Assembly: GCA_041308885.1 (NCBI GenBank)
Contig: JBFZAQ010000203.1
Span: forward strand, 1-35,497
Length of the DNA: 35,497 bases
From: Candidatus Omnitrophota bacterium
GTDB taxonomy: Bacteria; Omnitrophota; Gorgyraeia; Gygaellales; Profunditerraquicolaceae
Direction: 5' to 3'
Below are positions 1 through 8,696 of this stretch, piece by piece. The notes below the pieces were generated by a model. It had not been told where the DNA came from. It made no database searches and saw only the letters and a program-made list of their open reading frames with translations. Position 1 is the first letter of the stretch. Each line of letters begins with the position of its first letter. Both the position numbers and the translations under genes were made by a program.

Positions 1-313
1 AAAACTTATCATCATCAAGAGTAACTCCTATAAGAAAATACTTCAGCAGATTCTTAGTTTCATTTTGGACTTGTGCTGGCGGAAGGTCTTTTTGGCTACC
101 CTTATCTAAAAGAACCCTAAACTCATTGGTAAAATTATCGTAAGAAAAGTAACGCAGGTGGGGCGGACGGAAGGATTCGGACAGGCGCAGGCCCTGGCCC
201 ATCTGTGCCAGATGCGCGCTAAGATTCAGCTCAACCGCGGCAACTTGGGCAAAACTGGATTGCTGCGCCAAAAAGCAAAGACATAAAAAAATTGAGATTA
301 TGCGACGGGCCAT
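1..313 (-). CDS. hypothetical secreted protein, 5' fragment (gene runs off the left edge of the window)
   Basis: ATG at 313-311 has AAGGAGG 7 nt upstream. The N-terminus MARRIISIFLCLCFLAQQSSFAQ looks like a signal peptide. My manual translation stays open to nt 2. It is absent from the ORF track because no stop lies in the window. No family recognised. Confidence 0.45.
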   Translation of the reverse strand, partial: MARRIISIFLCLCFLAQQSSFAQVAAVELNLSAHLAQMGQGLRLSESFRPPHLRYFSYDNFTNEFRVLLDKGSQKDLPPAQVQNETKNLLKYFLIGVTLDDDKF

Positions 314-445
314 CTTAATGCCTCCTTGGTTAAAAAAGTTAAGGGGTAATTTAGTTTATCAGCCATTGTGTTTACGTTGACAGAAGTATACCCTGCGCGT
401 AAACACTTTGCAATGCCAAATGAGGTATTTCAGGAAAGCGGTTTC

Positions 446-1012
446 TTACTTCCACAGCCCTCGCCGGTTTTCCTGGGCTTCCTGGTGAAGCTTCCGGAAG
501 GTTTCAGCGTACTTGACGTTAGGCGGGTAGGTCATAAGAGATGCATAGCCTTGTTTGACTATCTCGGCATTAATAAAGGTCCCGTCTTGAAGGTAGGCGT
601 AGGCGAGGAGCCGGTCGTAACGGTCGCGTCTTTCTATATCAAATTCCAGGCTCACCCGCTTGCCTTCAACCAACTGACGGGTAAACTCATAGGAGCGCCG
701 GCCAAGAGCCTGAATCGCGCTCTTATCCGTCTTGGAACGATTACCATCCCGGTCAAGCTTGCTGGATTCATGCATCTCGGGGGTATCTATCCCGATGAGG
801 CGCACGCGCTCGCCGGTTTCTAAGACCAGCGTATCCCCGTCTACCGCGCGGGTCACCAGGATATCGGAATAATTCTGGGATTGCCCCAGCGGCACCGATG
901 CTTTCCAGTTTTGCGTATTCTGAATAGTACCAATACTATCGTCGCAAGAGGCAGCGCCGAGCGCCATAATCACACCCGCCATAATCACAACTGACTTAAT
1001 AACTTGTCTCAT
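446..1012 (-). CDS. thermonuclease (staphylococcal-nuclease-like) family protein, exported, possibly a lipoprotein
   Basis: VTRAVDGDTLVLETGERVRLIGIDTPE ... DRYDRLLAYAYL ... NAEIVKQGYA ... RGLW is the classic SNase/thermonuclease pattern. A hydrophobic leader ends ...ALGAASC. Confidence 0.85.
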   Translation of the reverse strand: MRQVIKSVVIMAGVIMALGAASCDDSIGTIQNTQNWKASVPLGQSQNYSDILVTRAVDGDTLVLETGERVRLIGIDTPEMHESSKLDRDGNRSKTDKSAIQALGRRSYEFTRQLVEGKRVSLEFDIERRDRYDRLLAYAYLQDGTFINAEIVKQGYASLMTYPPNVKYAETFRKLHQEAQENRRGLWK

Positions 1013-1075
1013 CTCTAGCCCTCATAATTGGAGTTCCGTGGGATGTCCTACATCCTACGGAACTTGCTATAACCT

Positions 1076-1627
1076 TCACACCGCCCCCGCCACCATCTGC
1101 GCCAAGACCATAATATCCTCGGTACAGAAAATCCGGGTTATGCTACGGTCAAAGAGTATATTCGCGTCCGGGCCGAATTCATCATCCCCGGCCCAGACCG
1201 TAATTAGCGCCGGAACATCGGCAAAAACTTCCACAATTATCCCAACATCACCCTGTTGCGCCTTTTTGGCCGGCAACCTAGCCAAAACCGTTAACAGACT
1301 CTCGGGATGTTTACCGTATTTTCTTATGATTGGCTCAATTGCCCGCTTACGAAAAGCCTCATAATAGCCTTCAACTCCGGAAAGTTCCTTGAAAGAAACC
1401 CACTCGCCATCTGGCTGAATTTTTCCCTTGAGCACATGGGCAGCATAGTGCAGAATAATAACCGCGGTAAAATCCTTAGCCGGAACATTACAGGCCAGCG
1501 AAAAAACTTTCCTGCTCACCGTATCCAACCCATATTCATCGGCCAGAAACTTAACGGTTAACGTTTGAGCCGATTTCAATTCTGCTAATTGTTCCCAGGC
1601 TTTAGTTAATGCTGTTTCGTAACCCAT
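1076..1627 (-). CDS. DUF3786 domain protein
   Basis: The C-terminal block VPALITVWAGDDEFGPDANILFDRSI...TEDI matches my memory of DUF3786. I moved the start to the internal ATG at 1627 (MGYETALTKAW...). The track start (TTG at 1684, MVIHWDLEIGIWSF) lies inside repeat copy A1. Confidence 0.65.
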   Translation of the reverse strand: MGYETALTKAWEQLAELKSAQTLTVKFLADEYGLDTVSRKVFSLACNVPAKDFTAVIILHYAAHVLKGKIQPDGEWVSFKELSGVEGYYEAFRKRAIEPIIRKYGKHPESLLTVLARLPAKKAQQGDVGIIVEVFADVPALITVWAGDDEFGPDANILFDRSITRIFCTEDIMVLAQMVAGAV

Positions 1628-1643
1628 AGATTCATTGATATAA

Positions 1644-1753
1644 AATGACCAAATTCCAATTTCCAAATCCCAATGAATGACCAATTGCCAATGACCAATT
1701 GGAATTTGGGGTTTGGGATTTCATTGGGGTTTGGAATTTGGTCATTGGGATTT
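1644..1753. repeat. family-A palindromic heptamer element, copy A1
   Basis: An imperfect palindrome of about 110 nt. In register it reads TTCCAAT/TTCCAAA/TCCCAAT/GAATGAC/CAATTGC/CAATGAC/CAATTGG, followed by the inverted arm CATTGGGGTTTGGAATTTGGTCATT. It lies between the divergent DUF3786 and helicase starts. Confidence 0.9.
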
Positions 1754-1797
1754 ACTGACTAACATTCTACCTTTTTATCATAGCTAATGCAACAATT

Positions 1798-3693
1798 TTG
1801 GTTTATACTATGTTTATGATCTACGATCCTTTCCAACAACAATCTATCGACTATATCACCCAGGGCTTTTCGGTTATCGTCTCCGCTCCCACCGGGGCCG
1901 GAAAAACCGTAATCGCCGAACATGTTATTGAAACTTGCCTTCAGAGCAACGTCGGGGCAATTTATACCGCACCGATCAAAGCCCTCTCCAATCAAAAATT
2001 CCGCGACTTCCAAAAGGAATATAGCGACCATATCGGGATCCTTACCGGAGATGTATCCCTGAATGCCACAGCCCCCATCCTGATCATGACCACCGAGATC
2101 TTACGCAATAAGATTCTCGATGAGCCGCAAAGCCTGCAGCGCTATTCCTGGGTCATCTTTGATGAGATCCATTATATTGATAACCCCGAACGCGGCACAG
2201 TTTGGGAAGAATCGCTAATCTTTCTGCCCGAGCACATGAAGCTCTTAGCGCTTTCGGCGACTATCCCGAACATAAAAGAACTGGCGGCCTGGATTGAGTC
2301 CATCCATAAGAAACCGATCAAAACAGTCATTGAGGAAAAACGCCCGGTCCCGCTGCATTTCCTCTTTCAGTGCCAGAATGATATCCTGCGCCACATCCAG
2401 GAATTAAAACGCACCCGCCACGGCCGGCCGAATAAACTAAGCACCCTGATCAATTATCTGCGCCAGAACGAAGGCCTGCCGTGCATCTACTTTGTTTTCG
2501 GGCGCCGGCGGGCCGAAGAACTTGCTATGGACCTCTACGGATTTAACTTTCTCAATCAGAAAGAACGCGAAGAAATCACAGCGCTCTACAATGCCCTCCT
2601 TAAACGCTTTGATTTAACTGCCGATCGCACCGCCCAAGGGCTTTACCCGTTGGTACAGCGAGGGGTAGCCTTCCATCACGCCGGGATGCTGCCTACCCTG
2701 AAAGAAGTAATCGAACGGCTCTTTACCAGCCGGCTGCTTAAGGTGATCTTCACCACGGAAACCTTTGCTTTAGGGATCAATATGCCCAGCCGCTCAGTTA
2801 TCTTCGACGACCTGCGCAAATTTTACGGCCGGTACGTCCGAACGCTAAAAACCCGGGATTTTTATCAGATGGCCGGACGCGCCGGCCGGCGGGGTATCGA
2901 CAGCGAAGGCTTTGTCTACAGCCGGATTAATCCCCACCGGATTAACGTTGAAGAGGTCAAGCGGATCATCTACGGACAACCGGAAGAAGTGCACAGCCAG
3001 CTGAACGCCTCTTACGCTACGATCCTTAATCTTTACGAGCGCTATAAAGACCGGCTTTATCAGGTCTACCCGCGCTCTCTGCACTTTTTTCAATCCAAAA
3101 AACACGAGCAACAGCAAGCCCTAAGACTCCTAGAAGCCAAAGTCAAGATCTTAAAAGAATGGGATTATATTCAGGGAGAAACGTTAACCACTAAAGGGTC
3201 TTTTGCTAAGAGCGTGCACGGATATGAACTGATCCTGGCGGAATTATACCAGGATAATATTCTGGAACAGCTGGATGAGTTTGAACTGGGAATTCTAGCG
3301 GCGGCGATCGTCTTTGAGCCGCGCAAAAACCAGCATCTGTTTAGCCTGACTAAAAGCGCCAAGCGGATCAAACGGGTCTGCGAAGAGATCCATGAGCAGA
3401 TTGAACATAAAGAGCGCAAGAACCGGGTTTTTCCGATCAGTAAATTGCCCTACTTTCATTTAAGCCAATGTATGGAAGCTTGGCTGCGGGGAACAAGTTT
3501 TGATAAGATCTTGCGGGTGACAGATACTGATGAGGGCGAGATAGTCCGCTATTTTCGGATGAGCGTGCAGATCCTGCGGGAAATCAATGAAGCCAAAGTG
3601 GCTTCGCCGATTCTTAAAGAAAAAATCAAAGAAACTATCCGCGTGATTAACCGCGACGTGGTGGATGCGGAAAAACAACTGAGGGAAGGTTAA
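1798..3693 (+). CDS. superfamily-2 DEAD/DEAH-box helicase, Ski2/HelY-like with a DSHCT-like C-terminus
   Basis: Motif I SAPTGAGKT, motif II FDEIH, motif III SAT, HHAGMLP, motif VI QMAGRAGRRG. The C-terminal WLRGTSFDKILRVTDTDEGEIVRYFRM resembles the DSHCT domain. The track start is TTG at 1798; ATG at 1810 or 1816 are alternatives. Confidence 0.85.
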   Translation: MVYTMFMIYDPFQQQSIDYITQGFSVIVSAPTGAGKTVIAEHVIETCLQSNVGAIYTAPIKALSNQKFRDFQKEYSDHIGILTGDVSLNATAPILIMTTEILRNKILDEPQSLQRYSWVIFDEIHYIDNPERGTVWEESLIFLPEHMKLLALSATIPNIKELAAWIESIHKKPIKTVIEEKRPVPLHFLFQCQNDILRHIQELKRTRHGRPNKLSTLINYLRQNEGLPCIYFVFGRRRAEELAMDLYGFNFLNQKEREEITALYNALLKRFDLTADRTAQGLYPLVQRGVAFHHAGMLPTLKEVIERLFTSRLLKVIFTTETFALGINMPSRSVIFDDLRKFYGRYVRTLKTRDFYQMAGRAGRRGIDSEGFVYSRINPHRINVEEVKRIIYGQPEEVHSQLNASYATILNLYERYKDRLYQVYPRSLHFFQSKKHEQQQALRLLEAKVKILKEWDYIQGETLTTKGSFAKSVHGYELILAELYQDNILEQLDEFELGILAAAIVFEPRKNQHLFSLTKSAKRIKRVCEEIHEQIEHKERKNRVFPISKLPYFHLSQCMEAWLRGTSFDKILRVTDTDEGEIVRYFRMSVQILREINEAKVASPILKEKIKETIRVINRDVVDAEKQLREG

Positions 3694-3694
3694 A

Positions 3695-3874
3695 AAGGTT
3701 AACCGAGGTTATTCAAAGTTAAACCAGGTTAACCGATGTTGCAGGTTACAAAAAATGTTATAAAAAGGTTGCTAGATAAACTCTCCTTTATTATTAATGA
3801 ATTTCTTTTAACATCTTTTTTAACCTGCAACCTAGATTAACCTCGGTTAACCTTGAATAACCTGGATTAACCTT
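3695..3874. repeat. long imperfect inverted repeat (arms 3695-3748 and 3821-3874) between convergent genes; likely bidirectional terminator or REP-like element
   Basis: The left arm is AAGGTTAACCGAGGTTATTCAAAGTTAAACCAGGTTAACCGATGTTGCAGGTTA. The reverse complement of the right arm is AAGGTTAATCCAGGTTATTCAAGGTTAACCGAGGTTAATCTAGGTTGCAGGTTA. An AT-rich loop of about 72 nt separates them. The repeat begins 2 nt after the helicase stop and ends 13 nt before the macro-Nudix stop. Confidence 0.85.
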
Positions 3875-3886
3875 CTTAGTCGCGGG

Positions 3887-4834
3887 TTAAAACGGGGTTT
3901 TTCCTTGCCTACAGGCCAGATAATCTTCAATGATCGAGCGGTGGTCAAAAGCAAAATTTACGCCGGCTAGTTGATCAAGCTTAACCACGCGCACACCCTT
4001 AGCATCGTCTCCGGCTAATGGCGTGCCCGCAGCCTTAGCGATAAAAACGGTATTAATAGTATGAAAGCGCGGATCACGCTCCGGAGCCGAATAAGTATGC
4101 ATCTGACGAACATCAATGATGTCCAACCCGGTCTCTTCTTTAGCCTCGCGGATAACTGCGCTTTCTAAACTCTCACCATAATCCACAAATCCGCCGGGCA
4201 AGGCCCAACCAAATGGCGGATTACTGCGTTCAATCAACACGATCCCGCCGTCGAGTTCAATAATAGCATCCACGGTAATATAAGGGCCGAAACCCAACTT
4301 CTCGGTAACATAAGTTAAATAACCGATAACCCCCTTGTTGAAGGCGACCAACGCCTCTTGGCCATTCAGGCAGAAAATAATCTCTTTCAGGCTGCGCGCA
4401 TCCCGGCGCGAATACTTATATACTTCCTGCGCCATTATTTTTGCCGAGGCCAATAAGGGGAATCCCCCGGTACCGCAGCCCAGAGCCGGAAAAACAATAG
4501 ACTTAAGTTGCAAGTCTTGCGCGACATTTAAGGCGCTAGCTGCTGCTTGCCGTATTTTATACTCATCGGTTTTAAAATCAAGGCCCATAGTCACAGCATG
4601 GATCACATATCTTGCCGGCAAACTTCCCGCCCCCGACGCCACCGCCGCGCCGATAGCAATCGGGCCTTTATGCACAGCTTCCTCCTCAATAACCGCGCCG
4701 CCAATTCTTTTGATCGCGCCGGCTACGCCGCCGCCCATAACCAACTTATCATTGGCAGCATTGACAATAGCATCGGCTTTTAATTCCGTAATATCCGCTT
4801 TGACTAGCGTAATCTTAATCCCTTTAATTTCCAT
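3887..4834 (-). CDS. macro domain (ADP-ribose binding/hydrolase) fused to a Nudix hydrolase
   Basis: The N-terminal half has [34 protein letters not shown] (macro/Appr-1-p signature). The C-terminal half has the Nudix box [24 protein letters not shown]. The start overlaps the upstream gene by 11 nt. Confidence 0.85.
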   Translation of the reverse strand: MEIKGIKITLVKADITELKADAIVNAANDKLVMGGGVAGAIKRIGGAVIEEEAVHKGPIAIGAAVASGAGSLPARYVIHAVTMGLDFKTDEYKIRQAAASALNVAQDLQLKSIVFPALGCGTGGFPLLASAKIMAQEVYKYSRRDARSLKEIIFCLNGQEALVAFNKGVIGYLTYVTEKLGFGPYITVDAIIELDGGIVLIERSNPPFGWALPGGFVDYGESLESAVIREAKEETGLDIIDVRQMHTYSAPERDPRFHTINTVFIAKAAGTPLAGDDAKGVRVVKLDQLAGVNFAFDHRSIIEDYLACRQGKTPF

Positions 4835-5540
4835 AATTCTTACGCGGTTCCAAAATGAGCCTATTCTTCTGCCCGTCGATACTAAAGTTATACCGCCCCA
4901 AAAAAGACATCCCTAATAAACCGTCTATGCTCGATTCGCTGGCGACTTCATCTAAAATAACCACCGCCTGAACATCTTTGGCTTCGACATCCTCGATCTT
5001 AACGCTGCTTAAGGTAACCGCGCAAGCCTCGTGTTCCCGGCCATCGGCCGTGATCATCTTAGCCAGATTTTCTTTAGCCGGGTTGGTATTTAATCCTAAT
5101 TCTTTAGCAATCTTCTTGGAAAGCACGATAACCGAAGCGCCGGTATCCATCATCAGGCGCGCCGTCGCCTTCTTATTAATCAAAGTAGGTAGAATTATAT
5201 GGCCCTGCTCAGTTAATACGTCAATTTGTTTAGGGGCCTGCTCGGCAAGCTGTCGCCGGGCAAGATCCTGCTGTTCGTCCAATCGCTTCTTTTCATCCCA
5301 TTCTAAGCGAATCTCGGTTGCCTGCGCGGGAGTCGAACGATCTATCCTTGCAATCTGCTGCTGCGTGAATTTGATTATGCCAAATCCCAACTCTAACTCT
5401 ACACCGCTATCATCTTCGGACTTAATTAATCCATCGAGGCTGCGGCCGTTCTTAAGATAAAGTATATCCGCCTGCGCCTGGCCAAAAAACATACCGATAA
5501 TCACCGCCGCGGATAAAACGACTACGCGCATTTTTTGCAT
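4824..5540 (-). CDS. secreted retropepsin-like (clan AA) aspartic protease
   Basis: Signal peptide [24 protein letters not shown]. Active-site block [13 protein letters not shown] and a C-terminal [13 protein letters not shown] typical of bacterial retropepsin-like proteases. Confidence 0.75.
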   Translation of the reverse strand: MQKMRVVVLSAAVIIGMFFGQAQADILYLKNGRSLDGLIKSEDDSGVELELGFGIIKFTQQQIARIDRSTPAQATEIRLEWDEKKRLDEQQDLARRQLAEQAPKQIDVLTEQGHIILPTLINKKATARLMMDTGASVIVLSKKIAKELGLNTNPAKENLAKMITADGREHEACAVTLSSVKIEDVEAKDVQAVVILDEVASESSIDGLLGMSFLGRYNFSIDGQKNRLILEPRKNYGN

Positions 5541-6103
5541 GGCCTACTCTTATGTTGATCGTGCTGATAAATACCTTGATATCCTTGGCTAACCTTTTGC
5601 GCTTTCAGGAAAATAAGCTGGGCCACGCGGGCGTTTTCTTTCAGGCGTAAACCCGCGGGATTATGCACGGTTAAAAGAAATTCGCTTTGGCCGCAGAACC
5701 CGGCATCCCAAACCGCCGTATGCACGCAAGCCCCCATGCGCAAAAGCGAACTGCGCGAGCGGGCGATCCCGATAAGATCATTGGGAAAGCGGCAAGTTTC
5801 ATTAGACTCCAGCTTATAAACACCCGGCTTAAGCATCCACCACCCGTAAGCGTCCGCCGGATCATCTTTAAGCGGGGCAAGCGGGCTGGACTCCGGCAGC
5901 TGGCGCTGTTTATTCGAAAAATCCAAGCTCCCCTGTCCGGATAATGTACCCACCCGGCAGACGGTTAAATCAAATCCGTGAGGAGTCAATTGAGTATCCA
6001 GATCAATATAACCCTCAATCAACTTCTCGGTCGTAATCAACCGGAGCAAAGTGTCGCGGTTGATGACAACGGCGCCTAATTCAACATCTTCCGGTTCAAG
6101 CAT
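5522..6103 (-). CDS. dCTP deaminase/dUTPase-superfamily protein (archaeal-type dUTP diphosphatase-like)
   Basis: GFDLTV ... IARSRSSLLRMGACVHTAVWDAGFCGQSEFLLTVHNP ... ARVAQLIF matches the trimeric Dcd/Dut fold signature as I remember it. It overlaps the downstream protease gene by 19 nt. Confidence 0.75.
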   Translation of the reverse strand: MLEPEDVELGAVVINRDTLLRLITTEKLIEGYIDLDTQLTPHGFDLTVCRVGTLSGQGSLDFSNKQRQLPESSPLAPLKDDPADAYGWWMLKPGVYKLESNETCRFPNDLIGIARSRSSLLRMGACVHTAVWDAGFCGQSEFLLTVHNPAGLRLKENARVAQLIFLKAQKVSQGYQGIYQHDQHKSRPCKKCA

Positions 6104-6143
6104 CTAACAACTCCCCAATCTATAACTTAACTATTCCTCTCGC

Positions 6144-6187
6144 TACTCACTACTCACTACTCACAACTCTTAACTCTTAACTACAAC
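6144..6187. repeat. heptamer tandem tract TACTCAC x3, AACTCTT x2, AACTACA
   Basis: Direct reading in 7-nt register. It runs across the stop codon (6181-6183) of the 216-aa ORF. It is related to the tract at 29343-29375. Confidence 0.85.
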
Positions 6188-6831
6188 TCTTCCTCGATCT
6201 TGCGAATCAACTCCGCCGCTTCTTTGAGTAATCCGGGAGGCAGCAACTTGGCCACTGCCGCCTCGTCTTTGAGCGAACGCAGCGTGCCGATAAAACGCTT
6301 GAGAGTAACCTGCCGCTTCTGTTCTCGGGCCTCATCCGGATCAAGCTCATTACGCTGCCGGATAAGCGCGGTTAAGTCTTTTTTGACTTCACTGGCCTCT
6401 TTACCTTTTTCGAAAACATCAGCCTTTAGCCGCTCGTATTCGCTTTTTTCCAGGCCCTTCTTACTCTTGGCCCGTCTCAAAACGTCCACCGACTCGAAAG
6501 TAGGCACTGACTTGGCGTCGGCCGAATCGGTATACTCCTGCTGTAAATAACCGGGTTCTTCTTTTTCGAGAAAATAGTAAGACCGCAGTAATTTAAGCGC
6601 CGTGGCTTTACGGATGCCTATTTCCTTGGCGGTATAAACGTCAAACTGAGAATATCCCCAGGTCTTATACAACTTATCTTTCCAGGCCGTATACAAGGCC
6701 CGGCCCAACTCGATCCAGGAAGTTTTAAAATCCTTGGCGCTGCGTAAAATCTGATAGCGCAAAGAATTCTGATCCATATCCTGCATCTTCTCTTCGAGAT
6801 TCCTGACACTCTTTGGCTGTGTTTCAGGCAT
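6181..6831 (-). CDS. hypothetical protein with a putative HTH and a charged, coiled-coil-like C-terminus
   Basis: ORF with ATG at 6831. The segment FDVYTAKEIGIRKATALKLLRSY looks like a helix-turn-helix. The C-terminal half is a K/E-rich helix. No family recognised. Confidence 0.6.
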   Translation of the reverse strand: MPETQPKSVRNLEEKMQDMDQNSLRYQILRSAKDFKTSWIELGRALYTAWKDKLYKTWGYSQFDVYTAKEIGIRKATALKLLRSYYFLEKEEPGYLQQEYTDSADAKSVPTFESVDVLRRAKSKKGLEKSEYERLKADVFEKGKEASEVKKDLTALIRQRNELDPDEAREQKRQVTLKRFIGTLRSLKDEAAVAKLLPPGLLKEAAELIRKIEEEL

Positions 6832-6855
6832 ATGCCATCAGCTCCTTTATCGCTC

Positions 6856-7446
6856 TTACTTAATTTGCCAATCGTAATTTCCGGTTTGCGCATTCAAAAC
6901 TTCTATCGGCGTTCCGGCTGAGGCATTATCCTGCAGCTTTTTAGTGTACATCTTCTGAACCTCGGCAACAGTAATTCCGTTCTTCTGGGAAATCCCCTGA
7001 TAAATAATCATCCGGTCATCATTCTCCTCATTGACTAACTGCTCAACGGCTGCGCTGGCCGCGATCTTATCACGGATCTCAACTAATCCCAATTTATTTT
7101 CACCCACGACACCCTTTTGTTCCCATTCGTTAAGCGCGGCCAATCGGTCACGGCGGCGAAAGGCGGCCTGTTCGATTAGCGGGCTCAATCCGTCTTCGGC
7201 ATAAGCAATGCCTATGATCCCGCGCAAGAAGCTCTGACTGCCTTTAGCGGCCGGGTTATCCCCACCCGAGACTATCGATTCGATATCGTCAATATCCTTA
7301 GCCACATGCTGATAAATATCCAGGCGCATGGAAATATCCACCTTAATCGGATCTTTGGGCGCTTCCACCCGGACCCGGGCGCAACCGATACTAGGTAATG
7401 TCATGATCAGAATAGCGTATAACGTATAGCGGATAGCAGATTTCAT
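6856..7446 (-). CDS. YnbE-like lipoprotein fused to a YdbL-like (DUF1318) domain
   Basis: The leader ends ...LPSIGC. VRVEAPKDPIKVDISMRLDIYQHVAKDIDDIE resembles E. coli YnbE (...VAAPKEPITINMNVKIEHE...). The C-terminal GVVGENKLGLVE...NEENDDRMIIYQGISQKNGITVAEVQKMY...AGTPIEV...G.WQIK resembles YdbL/DUF1318. GGAG lies 6 nt before the ATG. Confidence 0.65.
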   Translation of the reverse strand: MKSAIRYTLYAILIMTLPSIGCARVRVEAPKDPIKVDISMRLDIYQHVAKDIDDIESIVSGGDNPAAKGSQSFLRGIIGIAYAEDGLSPLIEQAAFRRRDRLAALNEWEQKGVVGENKLGLVEIRDKIAASAAVEQLVNEENDDRMIIYQGISQKNGITVAEVQKMYTKKLQDNASAGTPIEVLNAQTGNYDWQIK

Positions 7447-7483
7447 GGTTTACTCCTTTCATTCGTTAAAACTCGAACATACT

Positions 7484-7520
7484 CGTCATTCTGAGGCGCC
7501 ACAGGCGCCGAAGAATGACG
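7484..7520. repeat. family-B GC-rich hairpin CGTCATTCTGAGGCGCC-ACAG-GCGCCGAAGAATGACG
   Basis: Inverted repeat read directly. It lies between the ydbH-like stop (7559) and the ynbE-ydbL start (7446). Related units occur at 11741-11797 and 24346-24422. Confidence 0.85.
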
Positions 7521-7558
7521 GCGCTCGCCCTCTGTGCTCGCCCAGAATTACAAACCCA

Positions 7559-8692
7559 TCACTTTTGAAAATCATGCAGAGCGATATTCAAACTGAACTT
7601 GCCTTGCAAGCCATCTAACACAATATCTAACATAAGCTGATCATTTTGTAAATATAATTTCGCATTCCCAAGTGTATAACGATAATTTTGAAACCCGGCG
7701 ATGATAACCTCTAACGGCTGGTGCGTGCTATTGGCAATATACTCAAAAAAATTCTGGTCTTTGATCACCAGGGCTCCACCCGGCTCAACCACTGAGAAAA
7801 CGCCATTAAGCAGTTTGAAGAATCGGCTTTTTCCCCCCAGGGCCAATTCACCGTTAACCCGGCCGGTCATATCCACCTTTTCCCCAAGATCCAATTCCTG
7901 CTGGAGCACAGCCAGGTCAATACCCTCAGCCGATAGAGCAGCCGCGTACTCCGAAGGCAGGCTTAAGCCCACTCGGCCGCTGCCTTGAATCGTCCCGCCA
8001 AAGACGCGCGCGGACAGAGAATCAACAAATACCTGCGGGTTATCAAGACGCACGGCCGCGGCTATATCTTTAACCCGAATTTTATTATACCCGGCTTCCG
8101 CCACACTAATGGCTACTGTATTCGATCCGGTAATTTCAGCTTGCGCCCCGGTTAATTCTATGCCCTGACTGCGTCCGCGAGGCAAGCTTATTTTCCCAGA
8201 TAAAAACCTTTGAGTAAGCGGATCAACTACTATATCCGCGCCTATTACCCCTTCGATATCGCTAGCCTTAATGTCCAACTCTACGGCCTTAGCTAAGAGC
8301 CGCCCGATTTTCAAGCCGCCGCCTTTTTTCAACGCCAGATAATCTACTGCCCGCGCCAACGGCTGAGCAGGCGTATGCAGGCGTAACCTTACGCCCTCGA
8401 TAACCACCGCTTTCAATCCAAACCGCAGCAAAGACGATAAGCTATATTCAATACTTACATCATCCAGAGAGAGGCGATATGCGCCGTCCCTTTGAACGCT
8501 AACCCCTTGAAAGCTGATCCGGGAAAACGGATGAATACCACACCGGCTGACCTGTACCCGGCTATCAATAAACACCTGCGCTAGCTGGCGTGTCACGACA
8601 CGCAATAAGAGCGGCTTGGCCAACGCGGCCAGCGACGCCAAAACTACGCCGACAGACAACATAATCACCACTAAACGTCGTACGCGCCTCAT
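7559..8692 (-). CDS. YdbH-like / AsmA-like membrane-anchored protein (short form)
   Basis: A single N-terminal TM segment (LVVIMLSVGVVLASLAALA) is followed by beta-rich repetitive sequence. The C-terminal ...FQNYRYTLGNAKLYLQNDQLMLDIVLDGLQGKFSLNIALHDF is reminiscent of the YdbH C-terminal domain. The gene order ydbH, ynbE, ydbL matches the E. coli operon. Confidence 0.55.
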   Translation of the reverse strand: MRRVRRLVVIMLSVGVVLASLAALAKPLLLRVVTRQLAQVFIDSRVQVSRCGIHPFSRISFQGVSVQRDGAYRLSLDDVSIEYSLSSLLRFGLKAVVIEGVRLRLHTPAQPLARAVDYLALKKGGGLKIGRLLAKAVELDIKASDIEGVIGADIVVDPLTQRFLSGKISLPRGRSQGIELTGAQAEITGSNTVAISVAEAGYNKIRVKDIAAAVRLDNPQVFVDSLSARVFGGTIQGSGRVGLSLPSEYAAALSAEGIDLAVLQQELDLGEKVDMTGRVNGELALGGKSRFFKLLNGVFSVVEPGGALVIKDQNFFEYIANSTHQPLEVIIAGFQNYRYTLGNAKLYLQNDQLMLDIVLDGLQGKFSLNIALHDFQK

Positions 8693-8696
8693 CCGA

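Noticed and set aside
5522-6103. The dCTP-deaminase-fold protein as a nucleotide-depletion anti-phage effector.
   Set aside because: At 193 aa it is only the bare Dcd/Dut fold. It lacks the extra N-terminal domain that I recall in the defensive dCTP deaminases. It looks like a housekeeping archaeal-type dUTPase. The operon context is kept as a moderate-interest finding only.
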